A DNA stretch of 64,000 bases, taken from NCBI RefSeq assembly GCF_003704095.1, contig NW_020846697.1:1-64000 (forward strand). Reading direction: 5' to 3'. The translations under genes and the position numbers were made by a program. The DNA comes from Pocillopora damicornis. Its lineage: Eukaryota. Positions 1-13,124 of this stretch are shown piece by piece (position 1 is the first letter of the stretch; every line of letters starts with the position of its first letter). The notes under the pieces are model-generated. The model searched no databases and was not told where the DNA came from. It saw only the letters and a list, made by a program, of their open reading frames with translations.

Positions 1-132
1 AGTAATGTGTATCCAACTAAATAACAACTCTATTTACAGTAACGTTACCTTCATGAACCTGATTTGAAAGCAATCATTTGTTNNNNNNNNNNCACACATA
101 AAATGAAAGTTTCGCTTTTGTCTTCTTTTCAG

Positions 133-984
133 GATCGTTTTGCTGATGCAGAGAGTCTACCGCCCTTGGACTGGCAAAANNNNNNNNNNNNNNNNNNNNN
201 NNNNNNNNNNNNNNNNNNNNNNNNNNNNNNNNNNNNNNNNNNNNNNNNNNNNNNNNNNNNNNNNNNNNNNNNNNNNNNNNNNNNNNNNNNNNNNNNNNNN
301 NNNNNNNNNNNNNNNNNNNNNNNNNNNNNNNNNNNNNNNNNNNNNNNNNNNNNNNNNNNNNNNNNNNNNNNNNNNNNNNNNNNNNNNNNNNNNNNNNNNN
401 NNNNNNNNNNNNNNNNNNNNNNNNNNNNNNNNNNNNNNNNNNNNNNNNNNNNNNNNNNNNNNNNNNNNNNNNNNNNNNNNNNNNNNNNNNNNNNNNNNNN
501 NNNNNNNNNNNNNNNNNNNNNNNNNNNNNNNNNNNNNNNNNNNNNNNNNNNNNNNNNNNNNNNNNNNNNNNNNNNNNNNNNNNNNNNNNNNNNNNNNNNN
601 NNNNNNNNNNNNNNNNNNNNNNNNNNNNNNNNNNNNNNNNNNNNNNNNNNNNNNNNNNNNNNNNNNNNNNNNTAACATCAAGAAACATACCTTTAGGGGT
701 TCAAGGAGTATCCTTCTCCTTAATAAATTGGACAAGAAAACTGTGGATGAGAAAGGATGGAAGCAATTCGACGTTTNNNNNNNNNNTGTGGGTACATGCT
801 TTTGATCATTATTACAAGATGCTAATCTTTTCTTCACGAAAACTTATTTCTGTCCCAAATCACAGTTAAAAATTAAATCCTTGATAACATCATATTACAG
901 GTTACAATTCCCAAAAAGCACACAACATACTGGTNNNNNNNNNNCAAGATCCCGGAAATCAGAGGCAAACACCACATAACAAAG
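133..984 (+). CDS. MOXD1: DBH-like monooxygenase (MOXD1-like), divergent paralog, partial (equivalents of exons 2-4, broken by gaps)
   Basis: After the ttttcag acceptor: 133-179 DRFADAESLPPLDWQ; 672-~787 NIKKHTFRGSRSILLLNKLDKKTVDEKGWKQFDV; 901-984 VTIPKKHTTYW..KIPEIRGKHHITK|gt. Same exon boundaries as copies A-C but a clearly more divergent sequence. Confidence 0.8.
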
Positions 985-1492
985 GTTTGTCATTACACTG
1001 ATGTACTTTATTACTGGTCAATTGTTTTCAGTGTCTTTTCCATCGTCTTTAACTTGNNNNNNNNNNNNNNNTTCAGTTTAATTTTATGCTGATCAAGTCT
1101 TCCATGGGTCAGCTTGTTATTCATTTGGACCAAACTTAAGACGATTCAACGATAAAACCCTCCATTTGGCACTTGTGGGCTTTGTGGCCCTACATGTCTT
1201 TCTCATCTAGAGTTGACCTTTAGCTTCATTTTCACAAAATCGTTTCGTCGTTTTTCATACATATTGGTAATGGTCAACTATAAATTAANNNNNNNNNNTG
1301 TTACGCGCATTTTCCGTTACCCGATGTAGCCCCTCTCGCTTGTACTGAAATTTCTCTCATAGGACGTTTTAAACTTCCCCTGAGATAAGTCTNNNNNNNN
1401 NNNNNNNNNNNNNNNNNNNNNNNNNNNNNNNNNNNNNNNNNNNNNNNNNNNNNNNNNNNNNNNNNNNNNNNNNNNNNNNNNNNNNNNNNNNN

Positions 1493-1722
1493 GACGGACA
1501 TTTTTGGGACACTTAACGACAATTTTTAAAAAAAATTTCCGATCAGCTTTTTGCTATGAGGAATCACCTTAAGACCAACCCACCGAATGAGGACAGATCA
1601 AAGAGCTAACGCTCGAAACATGAGGTTAAGAAACTCGTTACCGAGTCCTAACTTATTTCATAAACCTGAATTATCTCCACACTGACGCAGCACCACAGTT
1701 TCTCTAGAAACTTAATCTCTTC
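1493..1722. repeat. Dispersed repeat with a gctaacgctcgaaac core; 1493-1640 is shared with 25037-25185
   Basis: cagatcaaagagctaacgctcgaaacatgaggttaagaaactcg matches cagatcaaagggctaacgctcgaaacatgaggtttagaaactcg near 25140, with about 100 bp of upstream similarity. Confidence 0.6.
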
Positions 1723-1789
1723 AAACAATGAACAATTTTGCTCAGTTCTATTGGACTACAGTATATCTAGGTCACTGCATTAGCTATTG

Positions 1790-4700
1790 TGATTCATAAA
1801 CTGCTTTTTGCACCTCATGATGGAATAATGACGCTCATACATCTGTATACATTATACCTTTGCTCTTAATACTGTTTTTTAAAACTCATTAAATTAGGAT
1901 TCTGTCTATCACTTTGTTCTAATTTATTCCAAAGATGGGGCCCAAAGTATCACAGAGAGTGTTTTTCCATAGTGTACTGTGCGAAAACGTGGAAAAATTG
2001 AAATTATCGTTCCTCAGATTATGTCGTTTCAGTATTAAATATTTCTGTAATGTAAGTGGGCATAAGTCCGTTTTTTACTTTATACATGAAAATGGCGATG
2101 TTTTGTAACCGTTATTGGGGCACACTTAGTGGACCTGCTCTTGTTAGTAGCTCGCTGTAGGTCTCCGATTTGGATTCAAAGACTGCCCTGAGTGCCCGCT
2201 CTTGAATTCTTTCCATTCTCTTCCCATCGGATGATTTGCAAAAGTGCCATACAATATCACAATATGTAAAGTGGGGCGAAATATAAGACAGACACAGCTG
2301 TAACTCTTCAGACCATGGGATTAACTTAAGTAGTCCCAGTAACACCCCAACCTTTACAGCTCGTTTTCTTGCAAATATTACTGATATGTTAACTAAATGT
2401 CAGTTTGTTGTCGATGGTTACGCCAAGAATTTTGGGATAATCAATTGATTTAACTTCGTGTCCATCGAATTTCATCGTCAATTCATATCCAGGGGTTTTC
2501 TTGGAAGGATGTAGATCTATAGTAAGGATTTTGTATTTCTGAGGATTGGCTTGCGGTAGGTTTTCCTTGTACCATTGTGACACTGCCTCTGTTTGTCTCG
2601 TGCGAGTTTAGCTGGCCTTCAGTATATCACCGGTGTATATTTGATGGTCATCAGCAAACGTAAATAGATTAGCAGACTGCCTATGTAGTGAGAGATCGTT
2701 TGGGAACAAGTTCAAGAGTAAAGGCCCGAAGGAGGAGCCTCGTGGACCCCCCCTTTTTTGTTCTTTCCATGCGCTGTGCGCTTCCTGTAGTTTGACTCTG
2801 TTTCTTCTATGCTCAAGAAAGGATCGCATAAGATTCTGTGATGCTTCGGAAAAGCCGTATGCTTTGAGGGTTCTGAACCATTAGTGCGGGGTGCAGCGAA
2901 TCAAAAGCTTTGCTAATATCAGTGGATATAGAACAGTCACGTAACCTTTATTATCTGTAGCCATTTTCCAGTCTTCTGTTAGCCATATTAAGTTGTTTCA
3001 CAGCTATGTGTTTTTCTGTAGGCGGACATTTTCTGTTATAGATCTGGATCCATGGTTTTCGTGATTTGATTGGAAGGTAATGATTCGGATACTTTATCAA
3101 TAGAGTTCAGAACTGTTGTAGGTCGGTAATTTCCCCGGTTGGTTTTATCTCCTTTCTTGAAAAGAAAACCCATTTTCCACGTGTTTGGCCGATTTCCCTC
3201 TCTAATAAACGGTGTTGTAGAGACTTGTTAAGGAGGGTACTAGACCTTTGGCAGTTAGCATCCCACCGTGTGGCTTTGTTTGATTTAATCATTTTCAGTT
3301 CGTTTTCCACTTCACCAGAGCCAATTTCGTTGAATCCATATGAAGGCCTTAATAAGCTTGCCGAATGCTCTCGACACTCGGGTGTTTTTCAAAGTCTTTC
3401 TCAACTAAATTCGTTACCTTTGCACTATCAATGGCATTTGAAAAGTAGTCTCCATGCTCGTCTGCCACTACTTTCTGGTTTGTTACAATTCGCTCGTTAA
3501 TCCTAATGGCAATTTTTGTCTCCTTACTTCTTCCGTCACTTAAGAAAGGTTTAAACTTTTTGTAGAAATCCCTTGGTCTCCTCCTCAGTCTATCTGATTT
3601 TTGGGCCCAGTGAGCTTTGATAGCACGTCTCCTCTATTTAGTGGCCAAATTTCGCAATTTCCTTTTTAACTCCCAGTTTTCTCGAGTTCGGTTTTGGGCA
3701 AATAATTGTGCATATTTCCTTTTGTTCCTAATTGCCATTTTCCATTCTTCCGTCATATGTGGTACATCTTTCTGTCTCTTCTTCTTTTTCGGCATATGTT
3801 TGTCAAGTACACTTTCAAAAATGGTTTTCAATGCGTCATATTGGTCAACGATGGCATTGCGTGTTTCTCCAACAGTCCAGGGAGTATTTGCCAAGTCTTC
3901 ATTAAGCTGAACCGTTTCCACGTTTTTCAGGCTTCTAATGTGATGGTCATCCGTCTATACTGTAATGCAGATTGCTTTAACATGCCATAAATGAGGTGGT
4001 GATCTCATATCTCTGGGTTAAAAGAGCATTCCGTCCTAAAAAGGTTGGATTTGTTGGTTAAAATAACGTCCAGCAGTGTCTCTGATGTCGGCGTAATCCT
4101 CGTCGGCTCGGTGATTAAACATTGCATTCCATTCACTTCTTCTAGGTCGCAAGTATTTTCCCTTCTCTGCGCTTTCTGGTTTTTGCCTGTCCAGCTTCAG
4201 ATCACTTGTAATAATAAATATTTGTTTCTTGAGGGAAGCCCACATACAGACGTCATTCAGTTCCTCCTCTACATGTTCTAAATAATGTGGGTCTGGTTGG
4301 TGATCCGACTGTTTGGGTTATCGGTATATGCCAAGGAAAATGACTTCGTTGTTGCCAAGTCTAGCTTCTATTGTAATAATCTCGAGTGTTTTGTATCTCT
4401 TCGTTACTTTCAGCTCCTCCGAGGGTAGACTAGAATTAAAATAGTCTATTATCCCACCGCCTCCTTTCTTTCTGTCTTTTCGATACATTTTGTAACCCGT
4501 TAAGGTGAACTGGCTCTTCGGTTGGGACTTGTCGATCTTTATCTCTGAGCGAAAAATGATTTGCGACTTCATCTCATCATTTAGGAGTTTCAGTCCATCA
4601 AATTTATTTTGGAGGCTGTTGATGTATAGATGGAACATTAGTATCCGATTGAAATGTTCCTGCCTTTCTTGCAAGAGCAGATCAAATTCCTGTTGGCCGC

Positions 4701-5455
4701 AGTTGTTAATTGCCATATTCTCCTGGAAGTGAAATTGTGTGTTCTTCATCTCACTTGCATTAGGCCATAGAAGCTGATTTGTGTACTTTCCTTCAATTGT
4801 TGTTATTTCTTCATTCTTAAGGAAAAATTAGTCCTTCAATCTCGGTAGAGAACATAGCAGACAAGTCCATTCAAAATAGATTGCTGGTCGTTCAAGAAAA
4901 TATTTAAAAGTCAATGTCGACATGTTGAGGCACTTTGCTTGAATCCATAGACCACATTCAGAACATAACATCGCATTCTGATTGTTTCGAACGCTCTTCT
5001 CACGTTCGTTACAGAGAAAATTTATCAGGCCTGAATTAAGTTGAATATCTGCACAATGTTATAGTCATTGGATGTTAAACCAGCTCCGCTCATCGGTTGA
5101 GTGGCGCATTCGAAAAAGAAGAATTCGTTTTCCACGGCAAAGTGGTCTTTGATTCTGTGTTCTTTCAGGTTGAGATCCAAATTTCGTCCGATAACTGGTT
5201 ATATTTGTCGTCTCTCGGTGCTTCCAGGTTTCCAGTACGTTTCTTGGTAAGTAGATTTTGGTCAACATAAAAAACGCGATACAGAGCCAACAAAGTCACA
5301 GAGTAGCGGGAGCTTTTCGAAGCGAGACAATCGCTGCCATTGTTACGCATTAGATTCAATTAAATTAGATTCAATCAAGAGTATTTAAAGAAACTTAGTT
5401 TATACCTTAGACAAAACAGAGCACTCGCTAAAAAGCACTTGTCTCAATCTTCATG
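1790..5455 (-). mobile_element. Decayed non-LTR retrotransposon (CR1/L2-group LINE): 2A-like leader, PHD finger, APE endonuclease, reverse transcriptase
   Basis: Minus-strand fragments in order: PHD (LCSECGLWIQAKC...WTCLLC, ~4830-5015); APE (HLYINSLQNKFD..YRKDRKKGGGG..LGIYR, 4318-4749); linker (3634-3921); RT (GGPRGSSFGPLLLNLFPNDL..FADD, 2608-2829; ILGVTIDNKLTF, 2389-2583); C-terminal YCDIVWHFC..ERIQERALR and GPHLWNKL. Many stops and frameshifts; boundaries approximate. Confidence 0.9.
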
Positions 5456-6949
5456 CGTAAGGCGTGAATAATTTCAATCGCAGGAACTAATTTCTTCAAC
5501 TTTCATATATTGTTTTTAATAATATTGTTCTTTCTTTTGTGCTCTTTTGGTCGGACATGATTGGATAATGATAGTTCTTATTATTATTATTATTATTAAT
5601 AAGGGTAACATCGATTAATGATAACTCAATAGTTTACATAATCCCCCCTTTGATAATCTAAAACTAGAACAAACCAAATCTGAAGGAAAAGAAAAAGAAG
5701 CTTGGTAAATTCAAGTTAATATTTGTATTCAATAACACACTGTTCAGTAACAGAGCTTTTCCAGTCTAATTTTTCTGTGAAGNNNNNNNNNNNNNNNNNN
5801 NNNNNNNNNNNNNNNNNNNNNNNNNNNNNNNNNNNNNNNNNNNNNNNNNNNNNNNNNNNNNNNNNNNNNNNNNNNNNNNNNNTAACATGTAAGTACTGTT
5901 GATATTCCTAACCGGCAGCGGACTTTTCTCGGAATTGAAGTTTTAAGGATGGCGCCTGGAAATTTTGGATGAATATTTCTTTTAGCGACTGTTCATTTAT
6001 TCGATNNNNNNNNNNNNNNNNNNNNNNNNNNNNNNNNNNNNNNNNNNNNNNNNNNNNNNNNNNNNNNNNNNNNNNNNNNNNNNNNNNNNNNNNNNNNNNN
6101 NNNNNNNNNNNNNNNNNNNNNNNNNNNNNNNNNNNNNNNNNNNNNNNNNNNNNNNNNNNNNNNNNNNNNNNNNNNNNNNNNNNNNNNNNNNNNNNNNNNN
6201 NNNNNNNNNNNNNNNNNNNNNNNNNNNNNNNNNNNNNNNNNNNNNNNNNNNNNNNNNNNNNNNNNNNNNNNNNNNNNNNNNNNNNNNNNNNNNNNNNNNN
6301 NNNNNNNNNNNNNNNNNNNNNNNNNNNNNNNNNNNNNNNNNNNNNNNNNNNNNNNNNNNNNNNNNNNNNNNNNNNNNNNNNNNNNNNNNNNNNNNNNNNN
6401 NNNNNNNNNNNNNNNNNNNNNNNNNNNNNNNNNNNNNNNNNNNNNNNNNNNNNNNNNNNNNTAAAAGAAACCGTATTTTAAGATAAACATATAGCAAATT
6501 AATAAATAGTTTGGTAGTTCTGATGACTTTGCACATGTGTTCGTGATTCCCTTTTATTGTGTTGCGATAAATCTGAAGGACGGAGATCTATCGGGAAGAC
6601 TATCTGTTTTTTTTAAATATGATTAGATGAATCAATTTTGACGGTCTCCTCGTTTTTAGATCAACTTTTAACATTAGAGATAAATGATGAAACAGTGTGT
6701 GAAAATTAATGATGATAAATAATAGCACTGTTTGGATAATTTCACTTCTGATCCGGCATTAGGTTAACAAAAGTAGTTAGAAAGTACAAGAGGTGTTAGT
6801 GTGACACACAGATGCGTTCAAGAACCGACGACTTCTGCATAACGAAGCCTACTGGATGACGCATAGATTGTTAATCCTAAAGCCTATATACGATGTACTG
6901 CACCAATTAACATAAAATAAATTGGAAGCAGTGTTCTAACGAGCTTTAA

Positions 6950-8345
6950 ACAAGATTACACCCTTCCCGTCGTAGTTTCACTCTCGGAAATCTCTTCCAT
7001 ACAAGAAGATTGCACTAAACCAACCACAGATTGTGCTCCCCCCTGACAACCAACAAATTATCGCTACTTCATGCTTCTCTGTAAAAGTTAGCGTCAGAAA
7101 ACTGGGGTATTAGCNNNNNNNNNNNNNNNNNNNNNNNNNNNNNNNNNNNNNNNNNNNNNNNNNNNNNNNNNNNNNNNNNNNNNNNNNNNNNNNNNNNNNN
7201 NNNNNNNNNNNNNNNNNNNNNNNNNNNNNNNNNNNNNNNNNNNNNNNNNNNNNNNNNNNNNNNNNNNNNNNNNNNNNNNNNNNNNNNNNNNNNNNNNNNN
7301 NNNNNNNNNNNNNNNNNNNNNNNNNNNNNNNNNNNNNNNNNNNNNNNNNNNNNNNNNNNNNNNNNNNNNNNNNNNNNNNNNNNNNNNNNNNNNNNNNNNN
7401 NNNNNNNNNNNNNNNNNNNNNNNNNNNNNNNNNNNNNNNNNNNNNNNNNNNNNNNNNNNNNNNNNNNNNNNNNNNNNNNNNNNNNNNNNNNNNNNNNNNN
7501 NNNNNNNNNNNNNNNNNNNNNNNNNNNNNNNNNNNNNNNNNNNNNNNNNNNNNNNNNNNNNGTTTCTGTAACCTATTAGCGCCCGGTATATTAGCAGTGG
7601 ACTTTTTATCCAAATCAGTTCGAACTTCTCTACGAAGTCTAACTTTGGAACAAAGTAACAAAAACTTTGTCGTGAGGTTGCGGTTATTTAAGGTGCGAGC
7701 AGTGTGACTTCTGATTTTTCCGATGGGCAGAACATTCATACTTCTTTAAAAAAAAAAAAAAAAGAACAAAACAAAACAACTAAACAAAGCAACATCAACA
7801 ACAACGCCAAGACACGTACAAAATAAAAACAGGTAACTGAGTCAAAGCATAGCAGTTCTTAGGAAACCAAAAGCTCATGTTCAGATTGATAACAAAACGA
7901 AACGAGTGATACAGAATGATTAGATACAAGTTTGCAGAACCGCTGTTTTTAGTTATACAGACATTTATTACGCCTCTGTATAGCACTGTCAAATATTGTA
8001 TGCCCGATTGATTTGTCACGTATTTTACTTTGTCAAACGTCGTGGAGAAGTTATGTAGCATCTACGCTGCAGCTTAGCGGCCTTCGCCTTGTGAGGAGAG
8101 TCAAGAGAGGGAAAAAGGCCCAAGTGAACTGTCCACCAGGGTAAAACAAAAATATTCGACGTGAAGAGGTGGTCGTTGTGGAGGGATGGCCGTCAGCATT
8201 GGTTCGACCTTAGTTTCCTAATTAAGGAGGGCAGTTCTGGAGGTCGTGGGGTAAGGTATGTGCCCAATCACAATGAGTTTGTGCTCCCCACGTGCATCTG
8301 TCTCTTAGTTACGAAACGATATACGTAATGGTCAGTGACGTCCTC
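6950..8345 (+). repeat. Duplicated MOXD upstream/promoter block (paralogous to 12090-13128; inverted partial copy at 22036-22425)
   Basis: 6950-7113 aligns to 12090-12254 and 7620-8345 aligns to 12438-13128, including CACGTG and TGACGT motifs. Confidence 0.9.
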
Positions 8346-8478
8346 TAGGTTTAGTTGTCAAAAGAGCAACAGCAAGCNNNNNNNNNNNNNNNNNNNNNNN
8401 NNNNNNNNNNNNNNNNNNNNNNNNNNNNNNNNNNNNNNNNNNNNNNNNNNNNNNNNNNNNNNNNNNNNNNNNNNNNNA

Positions 8479-8890
8479 GTAGGGTTACATTGGGAGACAG
8501 ATCATTTCAGGTCGCAGCTCCGGCACTCTGGAATGTTTTACCGCGTGAGATTCGTTCTATTACAGATCGAGGGATTTTTAAGTGCCATTTAAAAACGCAC
8601 CTTTTTAAGGAAGCTTTTTATTAATTTTTATCACGAAAATTACTAGTATCTTAACGTGTATTGTATATTTCAATTTTATCCGAGTATATTTTAAATAATT
8701 ATTAGTTAGATACCCTGCCATTAAATTACGGAAGCGTTTCATTCATTTTTATCACGATAATTACTAGTATCTTAACATATGTTGTATATTTTAATTTTAT
8801 CATAGTATATTTTAAATAATTATCAGTTAGATACCCTGTGTTAAATTGCCATAGATAGAAATCATGTAATGCGCGCAATATAAGAGTTAG

Positions 8891-8930
<40 letters not shown>
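8479..8930 (+). mobile_element. 3' end of an L2/CR1-group LINE with a duplicated 3' UTR segment and (ATT)n tail
   Basis: SRVTLGDRSFQVAAPALWNVLPREIRS..FKCHLKTHLFKEAFY* (ending 8624) is a typical ORF2 C-terminus. A segment of about 100 bp is repeated at ~8625 and ~8747; (ATT)n at 8891-8930. Confidence 0.8.
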
Positions 8931-8931
<1 letters not shown>

Positions 8932-8960
8932 CATTCCCCAATTCCCTTCTTCCTTACTTA

Positions 8961-11900
8961 CTCACTGCTGATTATAAAGAGACAGTGAAAAGCTTACAAG
9001 CATGAGAAATTAAGCCATTTTATTTATCAAGAAGCGCTATATTAGTTATAATAATTGTAACATGTAAATGGTAAAACTGCAATTTACTTAGAATTTCCTG
9101 GAATGGAATTGGGTGAACTGAGGTGAATGATATTTTCAAGAAACGATTTACTCTAACTTTTGTTTTACAGAAAGATCACTGATACAGACTGAAAGTAGTA
9201 TGTAAATTTCGGACGTAATGCTATGCAATACTTTTGCGATGGGTAAGAAAATCGTGAATGTGTGGCCGATTACGCTAAAATACAAAATTTCCGTGTCCGT
9301 CATCAGGCTTTGTCTTCCTGTTCGTTTATTCATGTAAGCTTTCCCTTTTTTTTTCCTTTGCTGTTCAGTAGCTGGTGTGAGACCGAGAGTAACATCCCAC
9401 AGTTGAGTAAACCTTTTCCTTACCCAGATTCCCCTGGGTGCAGGACCGGGCTAATTCAATCCTGACCTCATTTCCCAATGTAGAGGGTAAATTCTCACGG
9501 ATAACCATTGGAACTATCTGCCCCCAGCAAATTGCTATGCCCCAGCTGTTCTACTTCACTGGCGAATACTGCTCCAAGGATTTTGGATCTTTATATTTGA
9601 TCATAGCCTCGTCCAGCGCCTGCACTTGATGAGAATTGTAATTCAACTTAAAGCTGATGTTCAAATCATTTAGGAATTCTTTTCCTTAAATAGTTTGCCT
9701 AAGTTGTTATCTCCACGATAGGACATTTTGGAGTTATCACCATGATGAATATTGTATAAATTTCAAGAAATCCGTTCCGAGCAATTATTCTCGAGAAAGC
9801 CGGACCACATAAAACCCGATCGGTTGACAAGTTTTCTCTCAAACTAGGCGCGCGGTGGATACTCATAGCAATTGGTAGTCTAAGAAAAACTTTCAACTCC
9901 GCCACGGAAACCTCTTTCCATGAATCTGGTTCCCTGCTTCTCTGTGCCAAAACCTGGTGCGCAAAGCGATTGGTTTCCCTTACAATAGTTCCCACAATGC
10001 AATTGTCCATGAAGAGCTGATGAAAATCGACAGTTAAACTGCCTCTTGCTTTTGCCGCGATCACGACGCAATTAACTTTAGGGAATTTGGGCTCGTGTTG
10101 AGCGCATTCGTGAGGCATCAAGCCACAAAGGGTAAAAAAGAACTTTGTGACCCATGTAAAACAGCCGAGCCCGAGGCGCGATAACACGCTCTTCGTAGCT
10201 CTTATAGCTCTTATCTCTGTAAGAATGGAAAATGCAAATAAATTTCGATTGGAAAGCTAACCATTAACTAACGTTTCCACTGCTTTAGGGGAAGTCGTCA
10301 ACAAATTCATGCGATAAGTCGCTTTTCAGTCAAATGCTAATTCGCTGAAACTGATTGGACTGCCTTGCCTTGATACTGTTTGCGGTAAATCTACTAGAGC
10401 AGTGTCCATCTAATTCTTCTTGATCAATTTCGATTCATCGACAAATTAAGAGCGTTCGATTCAGTTCATTAATAAATGATCGAAAACTTCGTATAGTAAA
10501 CGTGATAAAGGCAAAAGTAATACAACAGTTTCAACGAACCAGAATGAGACATTTGATTGAGGAACAACTCTTCACAGATTATTTACTTTTTACCAACTGC
10601 CAGTCACGAAATGAAAAGCTTATAAAGTCCGAAAAGACTGATTATTACTACAATAATTTCAAATGATTGGGCTTTTGGCCGATGTGACTCTACCACTGTT
10701 ATTTTAAATTCGTTCTTCCCGTTTTGACGAAACATTATTACTGGAAAGTCGTAAGCTTGCGGATTGACAAACTGTCTTGTCTTAATTTTCTTAAACCAGA
10801 AAATTGATATCACATAAGTTTGACCACAAAATATATGGAAAACAAGGGGATGCACAGTGTCTTTGGTTCATTTAAACACGTGAGCGCATCTGTCATTATT
10901 TTGATAAAATGTAATTATCATTTTCTGGGTTTCCTATATTTTTTTCCTTACTGATCAAAATCATTATTGTGCTGCAGTGGAAAAGTGGTGACTCTATCAA
11001 AAGTTTTGAAAAGGTTTACGAAAAAATTAACGTTCTTTTCCCATTTTGTTTTCTCCGTGAATTCAGAAACGTAAGCTCCTTCAATATGTGTTATTTTCAA
11101 ACATTTCTAAGTAGATTTAATCTGAGTCAAAGATTCTGTGTTATTAAAATTTTCGCGTTGAAGTGATAAGAGTTACACCCGAAAAAGTATAATTCCATTT
11201 AATACCCTTGTTTGACGCATACCTCTGTGTCACACAACCCTGTAAAACCAGGTGATGATGCTACAACCCTCAAAGTAGGATTGAACGAAATGCAAAACCT
11301 CAAAGGGGTGTCTGGACTTTTCGTTGATAAGGCAGAGTATGTGGTTTTAGGGCAGCTGTAACTCTGACCTTGCAAACTTTTAATATTAAGCGCAAACGCC
11401 CTTTGGGTTTTCAAAGAGAACAAAAGAAGTAGAAACTATTGAGCGCTAAAGTGAAATACGGTAGGTTTATCTACTCTGACTCATTTCGTAAAAGTAGCGT
11501 GTACAGGGTCAGTTGATCTATTTAAATTTTCGTTCAATTCTTCGGCAAACTTCTCGGTTAATGATGTGCTTTTCAGTGACCTGCGGAGTTATCATTAACA
11601 TTTCACTTGAATCTCTATATTTAGCGTGTCTTGTCAAACAAAAGACGAGTAAAAAACACTACTCAGGTTTTCAAAGCATTGGCATAGCTGCCAACCTCTG
11701 TAATTTTTTTTTCTTTTTACCGAGGTAATTAGCAGAGGCCATTAACCCTTTCACTCCGAGAGGTGTGATGAATCTGTAACTTCTTCAAATCTTCAAACAG
11801 GTAATGAGAATACTCAATCTTATCAGACAGGTTTTATCAGACAGCGCGTATCCGGTCTCAGTTGTAGCACGTCACGTGTTTCAGACTAGAATTCACATGA

Positions 11901-12066
11901 TGAAATAAGGTATGGGTTATTTAAGAAATGCATCATGATTCGCCGAAGACTGAATCAAAGAGAAAAAGTTAGTCTTATTCTGATTGGTTCTTGTCTGATT
12001 GGTTCTTATCGGGTATTTTTGTGTTGTTAGTGTGAAACTACTAATGCAATAATTACACAAACTTTT
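8961..12066 (+). repeat. Segmental duplication: MOXD downstream flank (paralogous to 36041-38767; inverted partial copy at ~22430-23850)
   Basis: Long colinear similarity, e.g. ORF 10969-11166 matches 37373-37702 and 11199-11423 matches 37663-37960. Both blocks start ctcactg..gattayaaagagacagtgaaaagc and end aattacacaaactttt. Confidence 0.92.
9470..10060 (-). mobile_element. piggyBac (PGBD4-like) transposase relic
   Basis: DFHQLFMDNCIVGTIVRETNRFA..SWKEVSVAELKVFL..FSRIIARNGFLEI, followed after frameshifts by QALDEAMIKYK..SLEQYSPVK..ADSSNGY..FTLYIG, the catalytic-region motifs of piggyBac transposases. Smaller relics at ~23400-23495 (+) and ~36180-36400 (-). Confidence 0.85.
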
Positions 12067-13070
12067 CCTTTTAAAATGATGGAAACACGACAAAGATTAC
12101 ACTCCTCCTGTCGTAGTTTCACCCTCGGAAATCTCGGACATATAAGGAGGTTGCACTAAACCAACCACAGATTGTGCTCCCCCCCTGACAACCAACAAAT
12201 TATCGCTATTTCATGCTTCTCAGTAAAAGTTAGCATCAACAAACTGGGGCATTAGTTGCTCTCTATTCCAGCTATAAACATGGATATTAATTTCGTTAGG
12301 CACGATCAATTAAGATGGTACTGGGGATTCAATCTATCTGATCCTCTGTTTGAAGTTCTGGCTTAATCAAGGGAACTTACTACCAGGCAACAAGGGAAGT
12401 TTATCTTCACATCCACCTTCATTACTGTTCATCTACTGTTCGAACCTCTCTACAAAGTCTAACTTTGGAAGAAAGGAACGAAATTTTTGTCGTTAGGTAG
12501 CAGTTAATTGAGGGTACGTGCAGCGTGAATTCTGTTTTCTCTGAAGGGCAGAGCATTCTAACTTCTTAAAAAAAAAGAACAAAACAAAACAACATCAACA
12601 ACAACACCAAGAGCAATTCTTCGGAAACCAAAAGCTCATGTTCAGAATAATAACAAAACGAAACGAGCTATTCAGAGTGATTACATACAAGTTTGCAGAA
12701 CAGCTGTTTTTAGTTACACAGACATTTATTACGCCTTTGTATAACACTGTCAAGGATTGTGTGCCCGATTGATTTGTCACGCATTTTACTTTGTCAAACG
12801 TCCACTTAGTGATTAACTTATGGTCATGGAGATGTTATGCAGCATTCACGCAGCACCTTAGCGGCCTTTGCCTTGTGAAGAGTGTCAAGAGGGAAAAAGG
12901 CCCAAGTGAACTGTCATTCAGGGAAAAATAAAAATGTTCGGTGCGAAGAGGTGGTCGTTGTAGAGGGATGGCCGTCAGCGTTGGTTTGACCTTAGTTTCC
13001 TAATTTAGGAGGGCAGTTCTAGAGGTCGTGGGGTAAGGTGTGTGCCCAATCACAATGAGTTCGTGATCCC

Positions 13071-13124
13071 CACGTGCATCTGTCTCTTAGAAACAAAACG
13101 ATCTACGTAATATTCAGTGACGTC
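13071..13124 (+). promoter_or_regulatory. Candidate MOXD proximal promoter: E-box (CACGTG) and CRE-like TGACGT
   Basis: CACGTG at 13071-13076 and TGACGTC at 13118-13124, just before the gap that holds the start of exon 1; both are retained in the paralogous block (8289, 8336). Function is not shown. Confidence 0.3.

Noticed and set aside
8726-8941. Poly-Asn ORF
   Set aside because: It is the antisense translation of the (ATT)n LINE tail.
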